Under the pieces are notes generated by a model. It was not told the origin of the DNA. It did not search any database and saw only the letters and a list, made by a program, of their open reading frames with translations. From positions 23,054 to 47,053 of the forward strand of contig NZ_CALGFC010000072.1 in NCBI RefSeq assembly GCF_937881195.1: a stretch of 24,000 nt of DNA. The letters run 5' to 3'. Position 1 is the stretch's first letter. Every line of letters starts with the position of its first letter. The translations under genes were made by a program, and so were the position numbers. Positions 9,057 to 17,486 of this stretch are shown here, in pieces. Source of the DNA: an uncultured Methanobrevibacter sp. (GTDB taxonomy: Archaea; Methanobacteriota; Methanobacteria; Methanobacteriales; Methanobacteriaceae).

Positions 9057-9566
9057 TTATTTAGTATCTTGTTTTTTATCTTTTGATTCTAGAGTTAAGG
9101 AGATACCTTCAAATATTAAAGCTATTCCAATAATAATTGACAAGTAAAGTGGATTTTTAAATATTAAATTAGCAAATATTAAAAGCACAATCCCAAATAT
9201 AAAGAATAATAAAGAAGATACTTTCGATATAATATTTTTATTATTAATTATTCCTGCTATACCAAATATTATCATTAAAAATCCAATTACATACAATAAA
9301 AAGCTAGAGGTATATAAAAATAGTGGGAAATTTCCAGTTAATACAAGCCCAAAAAGAAATGCGAAAAAACCTACCAGAACATAAAGAACACAAAGTGCTT
9401 TATTTTCACCCCAATTTTGTAATCCTCTGATTATCCAATAGATAGAAAGAATACAGACAGCTAATCCTGCAGCAAATACAAAAAATTCAACACTGAGGAG
9501 AGGAAATGCAATTACTATAATCCCGAAAATGACAGCTAAAATTCCCATGAACGTTTTATTTTCCAT
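9057..9566 (-). CDS. DUF308/HdeD-like integral membrane protein (paralog 2)
   Basis: 169 aa. Same architecture and colinear similarity to the 8154-8657 product: both start MENK..GILA..G.I.I.FP and both end ...SIIxGIxLxxxGIxxxx. Clearly diverged paralogs in tandem. Confidence 0.7.
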   Translation of the reverse strand: MENKTFMGILAVIFGIIVIAFPLLSVEFFVFAAGLAVCILSIYWIIRGLQNWGENKALCVLYVLVGFFAFLFGLVLTGNFPLFLYTSSFLLYVIGFLMIIFGIAGIINNKNIISKVSSLLFFIFGIVLLIFANLIFKNPLYLSIIIGIALIFEGISLTLESKDKKQDTK

Positions 9567-9891
9567 TATTACACCCTTTTAAATATAAAAATATCTAAAA
9601 ATACTGTTTAGTATAAAAATTATTGATAAGATATTACCCAACATAAAAATACTACATAAAATAGCATATAACGATACTATATAAAATAGTATATAGTATA
9701 TTATATAAATATTACATATAAATACTAATAGGAATGATTTTTAACTTAACTATAAAATACCATTTAAAGAATAAAAACTGATTAAAGATAAAAAATCATT
9801 CCAAAATAAATATGAATGTTGAAAATTAAATAAGTCAAAAAAATATCATTAAAGAATATTATTTAAAAATTATATTCAGATATTGATTAGA

Positions 9892-10191
9892 CTAACCTCC
9901 TCCTTCAGCACCACCAGAAGTTATTGAAGTATCTTCTAAAGCATGTTCTTTTTCTTTAAATTCATCAATGTTAAATTTCTTATCTTTAAAATCTTTATTT
10001 TTAATATTTTTTTCATCAAGTAGTTCTAATACATTTTCAGAATACCATAAATCGGGTTCTTCCATTTTAGCCCAACCTATACCCTTTTCATCGATTTTTA
10101 AGTCGGTTACTTTACCAAGAGTTCCAGTTCTAGTGTATCTTATGAAAGAACCTAATTCAATGACTTTTCCCCTAGCATCTTTAATTTCCAT
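9892..10191 (-). CDS. Small conserved-looking hypothetical protein with a glycine-terminated acidic/basic tail
   Basis: 99 aa. Beta-rich N-terminal core (GSFIRYTRTGTLGKVTDLKIDEKGIGWAKMEEPDLWY), a K/E/D-rich linker, and the C-terminus 'TSGGAEGGG' directly before the stop. From memory only it resembles a small methanogen-specific family (possibly DUF2098). No function can be assigned. Confidence 0.5.
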   Translation of the reverse strand: MEIKDARGKVIELGSFIRYTRTGTLGKVTDLKIDEKGIGWAKMEEPDLWYSENVLELLDEKNIKNKDFKDKKFNIDEFKEKEHALEDTSITSGGAEGGG

Positions 10192-10377
10192 ATAATCCCC
10201 ACTAATATTAGCTTTTAGAATCTGAATAAAAGATATGATAGATAAAATGAATAGTAGATATTAAATAATTAATTATTAATAAAAAAATAACTAATAATAA
10301 ATAAATAAAATTACAATAATTAATCAATAATTCATTTAATATAAATAAATAAGGATTTTATTTATTAAAAATGACAA

Positions 10378-10602
10378 TTATTTATTATCAATATTTATTT
10401 TTAATAATAAATAGTCACCAATACTTTTAATATTATCATAATGAACTAAAATTTCATCATGAGACAATATATTTTTTTTTAAAGAAATAGCTATCTTGTT
10501 TATTTGACCATTAGATTCATTAAAATCAACATCAGTAACTTTTCCAATATCCATTGCATCTATATCCAATACTTGCATCCCTAATAGGTCTTTCATTCTC
10601 AT
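10378..10602 (-). CDS. PRC-barrel domain protein
   Basis: 74 aa. 'LLGMQVLDIDAMDIGKVTDVDFNESNGQINKIAISLKK' fits the stand-alone PRC-barrel pattern common in methanogens. SD GGAGGGAT lies immediately upstream on the minus strand. Confidence 0.7.
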   Translation of the reverse strand: MRMKDLLGMQVLDIDAMDIGKVTDVDFNESNGQINKIAISLKKNILSHDEILVHYDNIKSIGDYLLLKINIDNK

Positions 10603-11168
10603 AATATCCCTCCAAAAAAAGACATTGACATTATAGAAATAATTACTATAAAAAATGCCTCTTTTATATAATAATTATAATAAATATTGTATTAAAAAAT
10701 ATATATAATTATCTATAATTTCTAAAGCTTATCAAAATTAAACAATAGACTAAATTTTAAAAAAAATAAATAGTAAATGTCTTATTTAAGTAGAAAAAGT
10801 CCTTATTTTAGATTAGAATATTCAATTATAATTATATTTATCCAAATAGTTATATTTAATATTAATATGGATAATTTAATTAATAAATGTAAATTATTAT
10901 TGATAAAAATATAAAATTATTAAATTAAATCATAGATAAAAATAAACAATATATATTTAAAAATCAGATTTTAAATACTATTAAAAACATATTATTAATG
11001 AATAATTAAATTAGTAAATTTAATGTATAATTTAAATGAATATAATGAATAATTAAATAAAATGGATGAATATTTAAAAATATAAATCATAAAAGATTTT
11101 AATTTTAATATAAATTTAGTTAATATAAACATGAAATATTTATAAACACTTAAAAAAGGAGAAAAGGT

Positions 11169-12782
11169 ATGGAAAAAGCATGTCGAATCATAATTAATGA
11201 TATTATAAATGAAAAAATAGTTACAAGGCGTGATTTAGAAATAGCTAAAAGAAAGATCTGTAGAGATTTTGATCTTCCAAAATTTATGAGTAATACTGAG
11301 ATATTAGATTGTGCAACAGAAGAAGAAAGAGAAATAGTTTCAAAAGTTCTTAGAAAAAAACCTACAAGAACAATATCAGGAGTTGCTATTGTTGCAGTTA
11401 TGTGTCACCCCCATGAATGTCCTCATGGAAGATGTTTTTATTGTCCAGAAAGTGATGTTGCACCTCCAAGTTATACTGGAGAAGAACCAGCTGCACTAAG
11501 AGCTAGAATGTTTAAATTTCATCCCTATGAACAAACATATAACAGACTCAAACAACTATCAACAGTCGGGCATCCAATAGATAAAGTAGAATTAATAATA
11601 ATGGGCGGCACATTCCCTTCAAGAGATTCATCATATCAAGAATGGTTTATCTCACAATGTTTGAAAGCAATGAATGATTTTAGAGGTAGTTCTTATGAAG
11701 TTAAGACATATCCTCCAAATGATTATGTTTTACTTGAAGAAGTTCAAAAAGCAAATGAAAATGCTAAAGTCAGATGTATAGGAATGACATTTGAAACGAG
11801 ACCTGATTTTTGTAAAATAGAAGATGTTGACAGAATGCTTAAAATGGGAGTTACAAGAGTAGAATTAGGGGTTCAAACATTATATGATGATATATATGAA
11901 AAAATGGAAAGAGGGCATACTATAAAAGATGTTATTGATGCAAACAAAATACTAAGAGATTCTGGAATTAAAGTAGCTATGCATCTTATGCCAGGATTGT
12001 TAAAAACTCCTGAAGAAGATTATGAAATGTTTAAAGAATTGTTTAATAATTCAAATTTTAAACCAGATATGTTAAAAATTTACCCATGTCTAGTGACAAA
12101 AGGAAGTAAATTATATGACTTATGGAAAAAAGGAGAATATAATCCTTATAATGATGAAGAAGCTGTAGAATTAATTGTTAAAATTAAGAAAATTCTTCCA
12201 AAATGGGTTAGGACAATGCGAATACAAAGAGATATTCCTGCAAAATTAATAGAAGCAGGAGTTAAAAAATCAAATCTTGGAGAGCTTGTTTATAACAAAT
12301 TAGACGAAGAAGGATCAAAGTGTAAATGCATAAGATGTAGAGAATTAGGCCATATGCTAAACAAGTCAAATAATACTTTAAAATTAAACTATGATGATTT
12401 CAAACTGTTTGAAGAAAATTATGATGCAGTTGATGGTAAAGAAATTTTTTTATCTTATGAAGATAAAGATGAAAAAACAATTGCAGGATTCTTAAGATTA
12501 AGGTTCCCCTCTAATAAAGCACATAGAAAAGAAATTACCAAATCAACAGCAATTGTTAGAGAACTCCACGTATATGGAAATATGTTAGAAATAGGTTCAA
12601 AAGGAAAAACAGTTGGACAACATACTGGCTTTGGGGAAAAATTACTTAAAAAAGCGGAAGAAATAGCTATTGATAACAATAAAGATAAAATGATAATAAT
12701 TAGTGGTATTGGGGCCAGAAATTATTATCGTAAGTTCGGATATGAAATAGAAGGCCCATATATGGCCAAAAAACTATTTTAA
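11169..12782 (+). CDS. elp3: Elp3-type tRNA uridine(34) modification radical SAM/GNAT acetyltransferase
   Basis: 537 aa. Radical SAM cluster region '[17 protein letters not shown]', 'GGTFPS' and 'ETRPD' blocks, and a C-terminal GNAT acetyl-CoA motif '[17 protein letters not shown]'. AGGAGA SD lies upstream of the ATG. Confidence 0.9.
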   Translation: MEKACRIIINDIINEKIVTRRDLEIAKRKICRDFDLPKFMSNTEILDCATEEEREIVSKVLRKKPTRTISGVAIVAVMCHPHECPHGRCFYCPESDVAPPSYTGEEPAALRARMFKFHPYEQTYNRLKQLSTVGHPIDKVELIIMGGTFPSRDSSYQEWFISQCLKAMNDFRGSSYEVKTYPPNDYVLLEEVQKANENAKVRCIGMTFETRPDFCKIEDVDRMLKMGVTRVELGVQTLYDDIYEKMERGHTIKDVIDANKILRDSGIKVAMHLMPGLLKTPEEDYEMFKELFNNSNFKPDMLKIYPCLVTKGSKLYDLWKKGEYNPYNDEEAVELIVKIKKILPKWVRTMRIQRDIPAKLIEAGVKKSNLGELVYNKLDEEGSKCKCIRCRELGHMLNKSNNTLKLNYDDFKLFEENYDAVDGKEIFLSYEDKDEKTIAGFLRLRFPSNKAHRKEITKSTAIVRELHVYGNMLEIGSKGKTVGQHTGFGEKLLKKAEEIAIDNNKDKMIIISGIGARNYYRKFGYEIEGPYMAKKLF

Positions 12783-12791
12783 TCTATTAGC

Positions 12792-12860
12792 TATAAAAAA
12801 ATATTAAATATATTACTTATATAAAAAAATATTAAATATCTTACTTATAAAAAAATAACA
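12792..12860. repeat. About 28-bp tandem repeat, about 2.5 copies, downstream of elp3
   Basis: TATAAAAAAATATTAAATAT(A/C)TTACTTA starts at 12792 and 12820, with a partial copy at 12846. Confidence 0.7.
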
Positions 12861-12981
12861 AATAAAAAAAATTTAATAAATAAAAAATAAATATTCTAGT
12901 AACATTTAATCCATATATAATTTAATAAATAATAGATAAAAAATTAAATAATTAGATATTAATTTAATAGAAGTGATAAAT

Positions 12982-13695
12982 ATGATGAAAATAAATTCTT
13001 CTGAAGAATTAGCTATTAAAATTGAACAAACAAATTTAGATAATCTTGCAAAGAAAGAAGACATAGAATATTTAGTAAAAAAAGCTAAAGAATATGGTTT
13101 TTGTGCAGTTGTTGTATCACCTTATTTTGTTGAATATGCAAAAGAATTATTAAAAGATACTGAAATTAAAGTAGTTACAGTAATAGGATTTCCTTTAGGC
13201 TTTACAAGCCCTGAATCAAAACAAAAAGAAGCAGAAATTGCTGTAAATTCTGGAGCAGACGAAATAGACATGGTTGTTAATATTCAAGCATTCAAAGCAG
13301 AAGATTATGACATAGTTTCTAAAGAAATTAAAATGGTGAGAGAAGTTACTGAAGGAAAAATTCTTAAAGTGATTATAGAAGCCGAATATTTAAATGATGG
13401 AGAAATTATTAAAATTAGTGAAATAATCAAAGAAACAGGAGCAGATTATATAAAAACATCAACTGGAATGAGTAGCCAAAGTCCAAAAGCAGCAAATATT
13501 GTTTTAATTAGGAAAATTGCCCCAAACATGAAAGTTAAAGCTTCTGGAGGAATTAAAGATTATAAAACTGCAATTAGACTAATAAGTTCAGGAGCTGAAA
13601 GAATTGGCACTTCTTCTGGAGATTTAATTATAGAAGAATATAAAAGAATTTATGATAAACAACTCATGGATGGCCCAACTGGTTTCATGAAATAA
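12982..13695 (+). CDS. deoC: Deoxyribose-phosphate aldolase (DeoC family)
   Basis: About 237 aa. 'VIGFPLG', 'GADEIDMVVNI', the Schiff-base lysine context 'GADYIKTSTG', and 'KASGGI'. The ORF track opens at a GTG (12973). That GTGAT looks like the SD for the ATG at 12982, so I place the start there. Confidence 0.85.
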   Translation: MMKINSSEELAIKIEQTNLDNLAKKEDIEYLVKKAKEYGFCAVVVSPYFVEYAKELLKDTEIKVVTVIGFPLGFTSPESKQKEAEIAVNSGADEIDMVVNIQAFKAEDYDIVSKEIKMVREVTEGKILKVIIEAEYLNDGEIIKISEIIKETGADYIKTSTGMSSQSPKAANIVLIRKIAPNMKVKASGGIKDYKTAIRLISSGAERIGTSSGDLIIEEYKRIYDKQLMDGPTGFMK

Positions 13696-13926
13696 TTAAT
13701 TATTATTAATATACTAAAAAGCATTTTGAGTATTATAATTTTATTATTATAATATTCTACTTATAAAACTCAATTAAATTAAAAATTATCATCTCTGAGA
13801 TTTACATGTTAAAATTTGCATATTATATATTTACATATTATATTTTTTATCCATATAATAAAATTTTTAATATAATAAAATATTAGTATAGATATTTTTA
13901 AGCGATATAATATCATTAAAGCATTC

Positions 13927-14008
13927 TTAGATTAATAAAATATTATTAAAAGAATATTTAGAGTAATGAAATATTATTAAAAGAATAATTAGTTTAATAA
14001 ATATTTTT
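13927..14008. repeat. 31-bp tandem repeat, about 2.7 copies, immediately upstream of the 14021 ORF
   Basis: AATATTATTAAAAGAATA recurs at 13939 and 13970. The flanking TTAGATTAATAAA / TTAGAGTAATGAA / TTAGTTTAATAAA are related. Confidence 0.7.
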
Positions 14009-14020
14009 TATGTGATTAAA

Positions 14021-14368
14021 ATGGTTAACCAAGAAAGAGAATATTTAATAACTTTTAATAATTATTCTCTAGAAATGAAAATTTTAATAAATTTCAATGG
14101 ACCAAGTAGAATTTATTTCACTAAATACCAAAAAATATTTGATAATGAAGAATGGTCCTCAATCGATTTAATAGAGGGAGATTTAATACCTCTTATTAAT
14201 CAATTAGATGAGATTAATAGAACTAGTGAAATAAATGAATACGAAGATTTTCGGGAAAAATTGAATAATATTTGGGAAAATTACCTTTTAGAAAGAGAAT
14301 CTTTGAGGTTAGATATTAATCAAGAAAAAGATTTTGATAATGGAATTAAGATAAAAAGAACTAAATAA
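14021..14368 (+). CDS. Hypothetical protein (orphan, no recognisable domain)
   Basis: 115 aa from ATG 14021; the track's GTG at 14012 is more likely the GTGAT SD. The reading frame stays open in a very AT-rich context and the composition is protein-like, but I recognise no motif. Confidence 0.45.
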   Translation: MVNQEREYLITFNNYSLEMKILINFNGPSRIYFTKYQKIFDNEEWSSIDLIEGDLIPLINQLDEINRTSEINEYEDFREKLNNIWENYLLERESLRLDINQEKDFDNGIKIKRTK

Positions 14369-14494
14369 ATACTATTTAAATACTATTAAATTAATTTAAT
14401 TAATAATTTTAATATATTTTAATATATTTTAATTGTTTATTTACTGATTTTCATACTAAATTATAATAATATGCCTTCCAATACCCTATTAATT

Positions 14495-14640
14495 AAATTT
14501 CTAATAGCTCTCCTTAAAAAATTTTAAATATACTTAAAAAATTTCTAATAATTCCCTCCAAAAATAAATTTTTAATAATTTTTCTAATTAAAGAAATTTT
14601 GAATAATTCTTCTCCTTAAAGAAATTTTTAATAATTATAT
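14495..14640. repeat. Three degenerate 40-55 bp repeats, each with a CTCC island in AT-rich DNA
   Basis: AAATTTCTAATAGCTCTCCTTAAAAAA / AAATTTCTAATAATTCCCTCCAAAAATAAATTTTTAATAATT / GAATAATTCTTCTCCTTAAAGAAATTTTTAATAATT. CTCC occurs at 14510, 14556 and 14612. Confidence 0.6.
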
Positions 14641-14891
14641 TTCTTAATTTTATACATATTTTTAGAAGATTATTTTTATTTTATAAACTAACATTCTATT
14701 AAATATTTAATTTTATAATTTTATTAAAACAATGCAAAAAATATGAATTAAATTAAAAAGAATTTATAAAAATAATTTCAAAATCAAACTAAGTAGTAAA
14801 ATATTAACAAAATAAATTAATATCTGATAAATTATTATACTACTTAAAACAAATAATAATATTATATCATACTATATAAATTGGTGAAAAT

Positions 14892-15143
14892 ATGAGTGAC
14901 AAAGTAGGTAAAGGAAAAGTAATAGATTTAATGAATAACTACAATTTATCTGATATAGTAGTAAAAGGGAAATTTTTTACAGCAAAATTAGATGATAAAA
15001 ATGATTTTGATAAAATTAAAAAACTTGGAAAATTTGATGTGAAATTAAATAATGGGAGAATGATATTTGATTGTGAAATAGATAATCAAACTTTATCCGA
15101 TGACGGATGTATTATTAGAGGTTATTTCGTAAAATTTGAATAA
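14892..15143 (+). CDS. Hypothetical small protein (orphan)
   Basis: 83 aa. A good SD (GGTGA) sits 5 nt upstream of the ATG. No recognisable motif. Confidence 0.5.
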   Translation: MSDKVGKGKVIDLMNNYNLSDIVVKGKFFTAKLDDKNDFDKIKKLGKFDVKLNNGRMIFDCEIDNQTLSDDGCIIRGYFVKFE

Positions 15144-15282
15144 AAATCAAAAACAATAATTTTTAATAATCTAAAATTTCCATTTAATTATTATTTTTAT
15201 TTTTATATGATTATATCAATATTTAATATTTAATTTTTTTATTTTTAATTTTACATAATAATATTAATCTTTTATTTTTACT

Positions 15283-15316
15283 ATTTTCCATATTTAATTA
15301 TTTTCCATATTTAATA
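15283..15316. repeat. 17-bp tandem duplication in a convergent spacer
   Basis: ATTTTCCATATTTAATT / ATTTTCCATATTTAATA. Confidence 0.7.
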
Positions 15317-15367
15317 AAAATCTTTTTTCAATTTTTAACTTTTAAGTTTATTCAGTAAAAATTCTCT

Positions 15368-15799
15368 CTACTTTACAACTTCCCAGTTTTCAATCTCGCC
15401 TTTTATGACCTTAAACATAGGATGAGGAACAAATTCTTTTTTCTTATTCAGTTCTTCAAATCTTAAGTTGTCACGAGTTTTTAATTTTTTAAGTAGATGA
15501 GATCTTTCATATTCCATTTGTCCATTTGTTACAGATAGTATTATAGATGAAAAACTCCAATTAATTCTTTTTCTGTCAAAATTATATCCTCTAATTATAG
15601 ATTCTTCAAAAACGGAAGTTAGATATTGATTTATTGCATCTTGAGGATTATTTACAAGTTTAAACCTTTCAAGCTGGGGATGATTAAGATAACCTTTTGT
15701 CTTACCTTCAAGAACATTTTTTGCTAGTAATGTTTCTCTCCACAAAGCTACAAGTCCTTTACTATCTAAATACTTTGGATGAATAGACCAAATTCTCAT
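15368..15799 (-). CDS. Pyrimidine dimer DNA glycosylase / endonuclease V (T4 DenV-like, Pyr_excise family) homolog
   Basis: 143 aa. The N-terminal 'MRIWSIHPKYLDSKGLVALWRETLLAKNVLEGKTKGYLNHPQLERF' matches the conserved N-terminal block I recall for prokaryotic DenV-like proteins. That block includes the 'L.A.(W/Y)RE' segment, which carries the catalytic Glu in T4 endonuclease V. Family call is from memory of the motif, not from a search. Confidence 0.6.
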   Translation of the reverse strand: MRIWSIHPKYLDSKGLVALWRETLLAKNVLEGKTKGYLNHPQLERFKLVNNPQDAINQYLTSVFEESIIRGYNFDRKRINWSFSSIILSVTNGQMEYERSHLLKKLKTRDNLRFEELNKKKEFVPHPMFKVIKGEIENWEVVK

Positions 15800-16046
15800 A
15801 AATATGCAACCTTTAATGAATTTTATAAGTTATTAACCATAAAGTATATATTTATTTCTCATAGTATAAAAAAAATATTGAAAGTATATAAAATAGATTT
15901 TTTGGTAGTAAATTCATTAAAATTAAAGGAATTAAAAGAATTTTTTAGGATATAAATATTATAAATATAAAATAAGATTAATATTGATCATATAAACTTA
16001 TAAAAACAGTGCAAATATAAAAATAATCCAAAAAACAAATTATATT

Positions 16047-16062
16047 AAAAAATAAGTAAAAA
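16047..16062 (-). terminator. Oligo-T tracts downstream of tRNA-Phe
   Basis: The minus strand downstream of the tRNA-Phe 3' end reads CTTACTATTTTTACTTATTTTTTAA (T5 and T6 runs). This is the usual archaeal termination signal. Confidence 0.4.
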
Positions 16063-16066
16063 TAGT

Positions 16067-16142
<76 letters not shown>

Positions 16143-16145
16143 AAA

Positions 16146-16217
16146 TGGGCCGAGCGAGATTCGAACTCACGATCACCTCCATGTCAAGGAGGTATCATAC
16201 CCCTAGACCACCGGCCC
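16146..16217 (-). tRNA. tRNA-Val (anticodon GAC)
   Basis: The reverse complement folds by hand. It has acceptor GGGCCGG/UCGGCCC, anticodon stem CCUCC/GGAGG with loop UUGACAU, T arm GUGAG-UUCGAAU-CUCGC, and discriminator A. 72 nt, no encoded CCA. It lies 3 nt (UUU) upstream of tRNA-Phe on the same strand. Confidence 0.9.
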
Positions 16218-16245
16218 TATACCTTTCTAAGATTTAGTTTAATTC

Positions 16246-16262
16246 ATATATAACCTTTTCTA
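16246..16262 (-). promoter_or_regulatory. Candidate archaeal promoter (BRE/TATA) for the tRNA-Val/tRNA-Phe transcript
   Basis: The minus strand reads AGAAAAGG-TTATATAT. The TATA element (16253-16246) is centred about 32 nt upstream of the mature tRNA-Val 5' end, which implies a transcription start about 5 nt before the tRNA. A purine-rich BRE-like stretch lies directly upstream. TATA-like strings are frequent in this AT-rich DNA, so this is tentative. Confidence 0.45.
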
Positions 16263-16600
16263 TTTTTTTGCGATATTTTATCAATAATATGAAAAAGTTT
16301 ATTTTTTACATTTTGAAATTTTCGCTTGAAAGATTTTTATAAGTTTGCTAAACAGCAAAAAATCAAATTTCGATGAAATTTTAGATAATCCTTTCTAATA
16401 TAGGTTACAGAATGGTGGTTATAAAGTGGTACACTCTATAAAAAAATACAAATAGTATTTATAAATATTTACAATGAAATATTTAAATTTTTATAAATTA
16501 AAGTATTATAAATTAAATTTTTATATAATTAATAATAAATAAAATTTTAAAATAAAATTTTAATATAAATTAAATTTAAAATTAGATAGTTAAAACCGTA

Positions 16601-16634
16601 TAATAAAAAAATAAATTGGCCAAAATCGGCCAAT
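16601..16634 (-). terminator. Hairpin plus T8 tract downstream of the histone gene
   Basis: A perfect 7-bp inverted repeat ATTGGCC (16615-16621) / GGCCAAT (16628-16634) with a 6-nt loop starts 15 nt after the histone stop. On the minus strand it is followed by TTTATTTTTTTT. Confidence 0.5.
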
Positions 16635-16648
16635 AGCAAAAAACTTCC

Positions 16649-16849
16649 TTATTTGATAGCTAATTTAATATCTTCAGCTTTCACAGTTTTCCTACCGGCA
16701 TGGCGAGCGTAGCTAACAGCACTTTTAGCTAAAGCTTCACCTTGTTCTTCTAGTGCTTCTGCTAATGCAATTTTTGCGTCATCACTAATTCTTTGAGCAC
16801 CGGCATTTTTTAATATACGACCTACAGGTGCGATTGGTAATTCACTCAT
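16649..16849 (-). CDS. Archaeal histone (HMf/HMt family)
   Basis: 66 aa. '[33 protein letters not shown]....[19 protein letters not shown]' is the canonical archaeal histone-fold sequence. A perfect SD GGAGGTGA (16854-16861) lies 4 nt from the ATG. Confidence 0.95.
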   Translation of the reverse strand: MSELPIAPVGRILKNAGAQRISDDAKIALAEALEEQGEALAKSAVSYARHAGRKTVKAEDIKLAIK

Positions 16850-16883
16850 ATTTTCACCTCCAATTTAAAGTTGTACTACTTAC

Positions 16884-16899
16884 TATATAAATCTATCGG
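16884..16899 (-). promoter_or_regulatory. Candidate histone promoter (consensus TATA box TTTATATA)
   Basis: The minus strand reads CCGATAGA-TTTATATA (TATA at 16891-16884). The predicted start falls near 16861, at the first G of the SD, which gives a 5' UTR of about 12 nt. Confidence 0.55.
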
Positions 16900-17390
16900 T
16901 TATAAGTCATTAATATTAGATAATATTATAAAATTAATCATTTTTAATTTAGGATTATACAATAAAAAAATAAAAATCCTAAAATCCAAAAACTAAAGAT
17001 GTAATAAACTAAGATAAAAAAAATAGTTAATATAAAGAACAAAAAATAATAAGAAAAATTTAACAATAATTATTAATTTCAAACAAAAAAGATTAAAATA
17101 ATATTAAAAGACTAAAAAAGGAGTAATAGATTGTTAATAATTTTAAAAAATTATTTAAACAATAAAAATTAACATGCCAAAATAGAATAAATTTAAAATA
17201 GAATTTAAAGATTAAATAAAACTATTTAAAACAAAAAAACTATTTAAAATCAATGAATATTGTAAAAATAAAAAAGTTATTTGAAATTAACAAAAAAGAT
17301 AAAGTTAATTAATTTAAAATAAAATTATGAAAAATAAAGAAGAAATAAATATAAAATTTTAATAAATATAAAATATTATTAATAAAGTAA

Positions 17391-17454
17391 TCAAATAGAA
17401 ATATAAAAAGTCAAATAGAAATATAAAAAGTCAAATAGAAATATAAAAAGTCAT
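17391..17454. repeat. Perfect 20-bp x3 tandem array upstream of cofH
   Basis: TCAAATAGAAATATAAAAAG at 17391, 17411 and 17431, then the partial TCAT. It ends 33 nt before the cofH ATG. Confidence 0.9.
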
Positions 17455-17486
17455 AATACAATTCTTATAAAAGTGGAACTGATGAT

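Noticed and set aside
9968-10195. 75-aa antisense ORF opposite the 99-aa gene
   Set aside because: The minus-strand frame has the better protein-like composition. The plus-strand product is Ser/Phe/Leu-rich shadow sequence.
10603-11168. The 565-bp divergent AT-rich spacer (minus-strand genes to the left, plus-strand genes to the right) as a replication origin
   Set aside because: I found no ORB-like inverted repeats and no cdc6/orc1 gene in the window. Gene orientation flips again at 15.3, 17.4 and 18.8 kb. The only recurring motif is AATGAATAATTAAAT at 10997 and 11044, which is more consistent with promoter-region repeats.
12455-12679. 74-aa antisense ORF inside elp3
   Set aside because: It lies nested in the conserved GNAT domain coding region of elp3.
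14471-14527. An 18-codon ORF (MPSNTLLIKFLIALLKKF) overlapping the first CTCC repeat
   Set aside because: There is no SD, it is very short, and the related downstream repeats are interrupted by stops in all frames.
16263-16450. A slightly less AT-rich stretch between the tRNA pair and the histone gene, examined as a possible ncRNA or decayed gene
   Set aside because: All six frames are closed within a few codons. Only a trivial 6-bp hairpin (TTTGCT-AAAC-AGCAAA) is present, and I see no match to any structured RNA I can recognise by eye. Transcription cannot be excluded without data.
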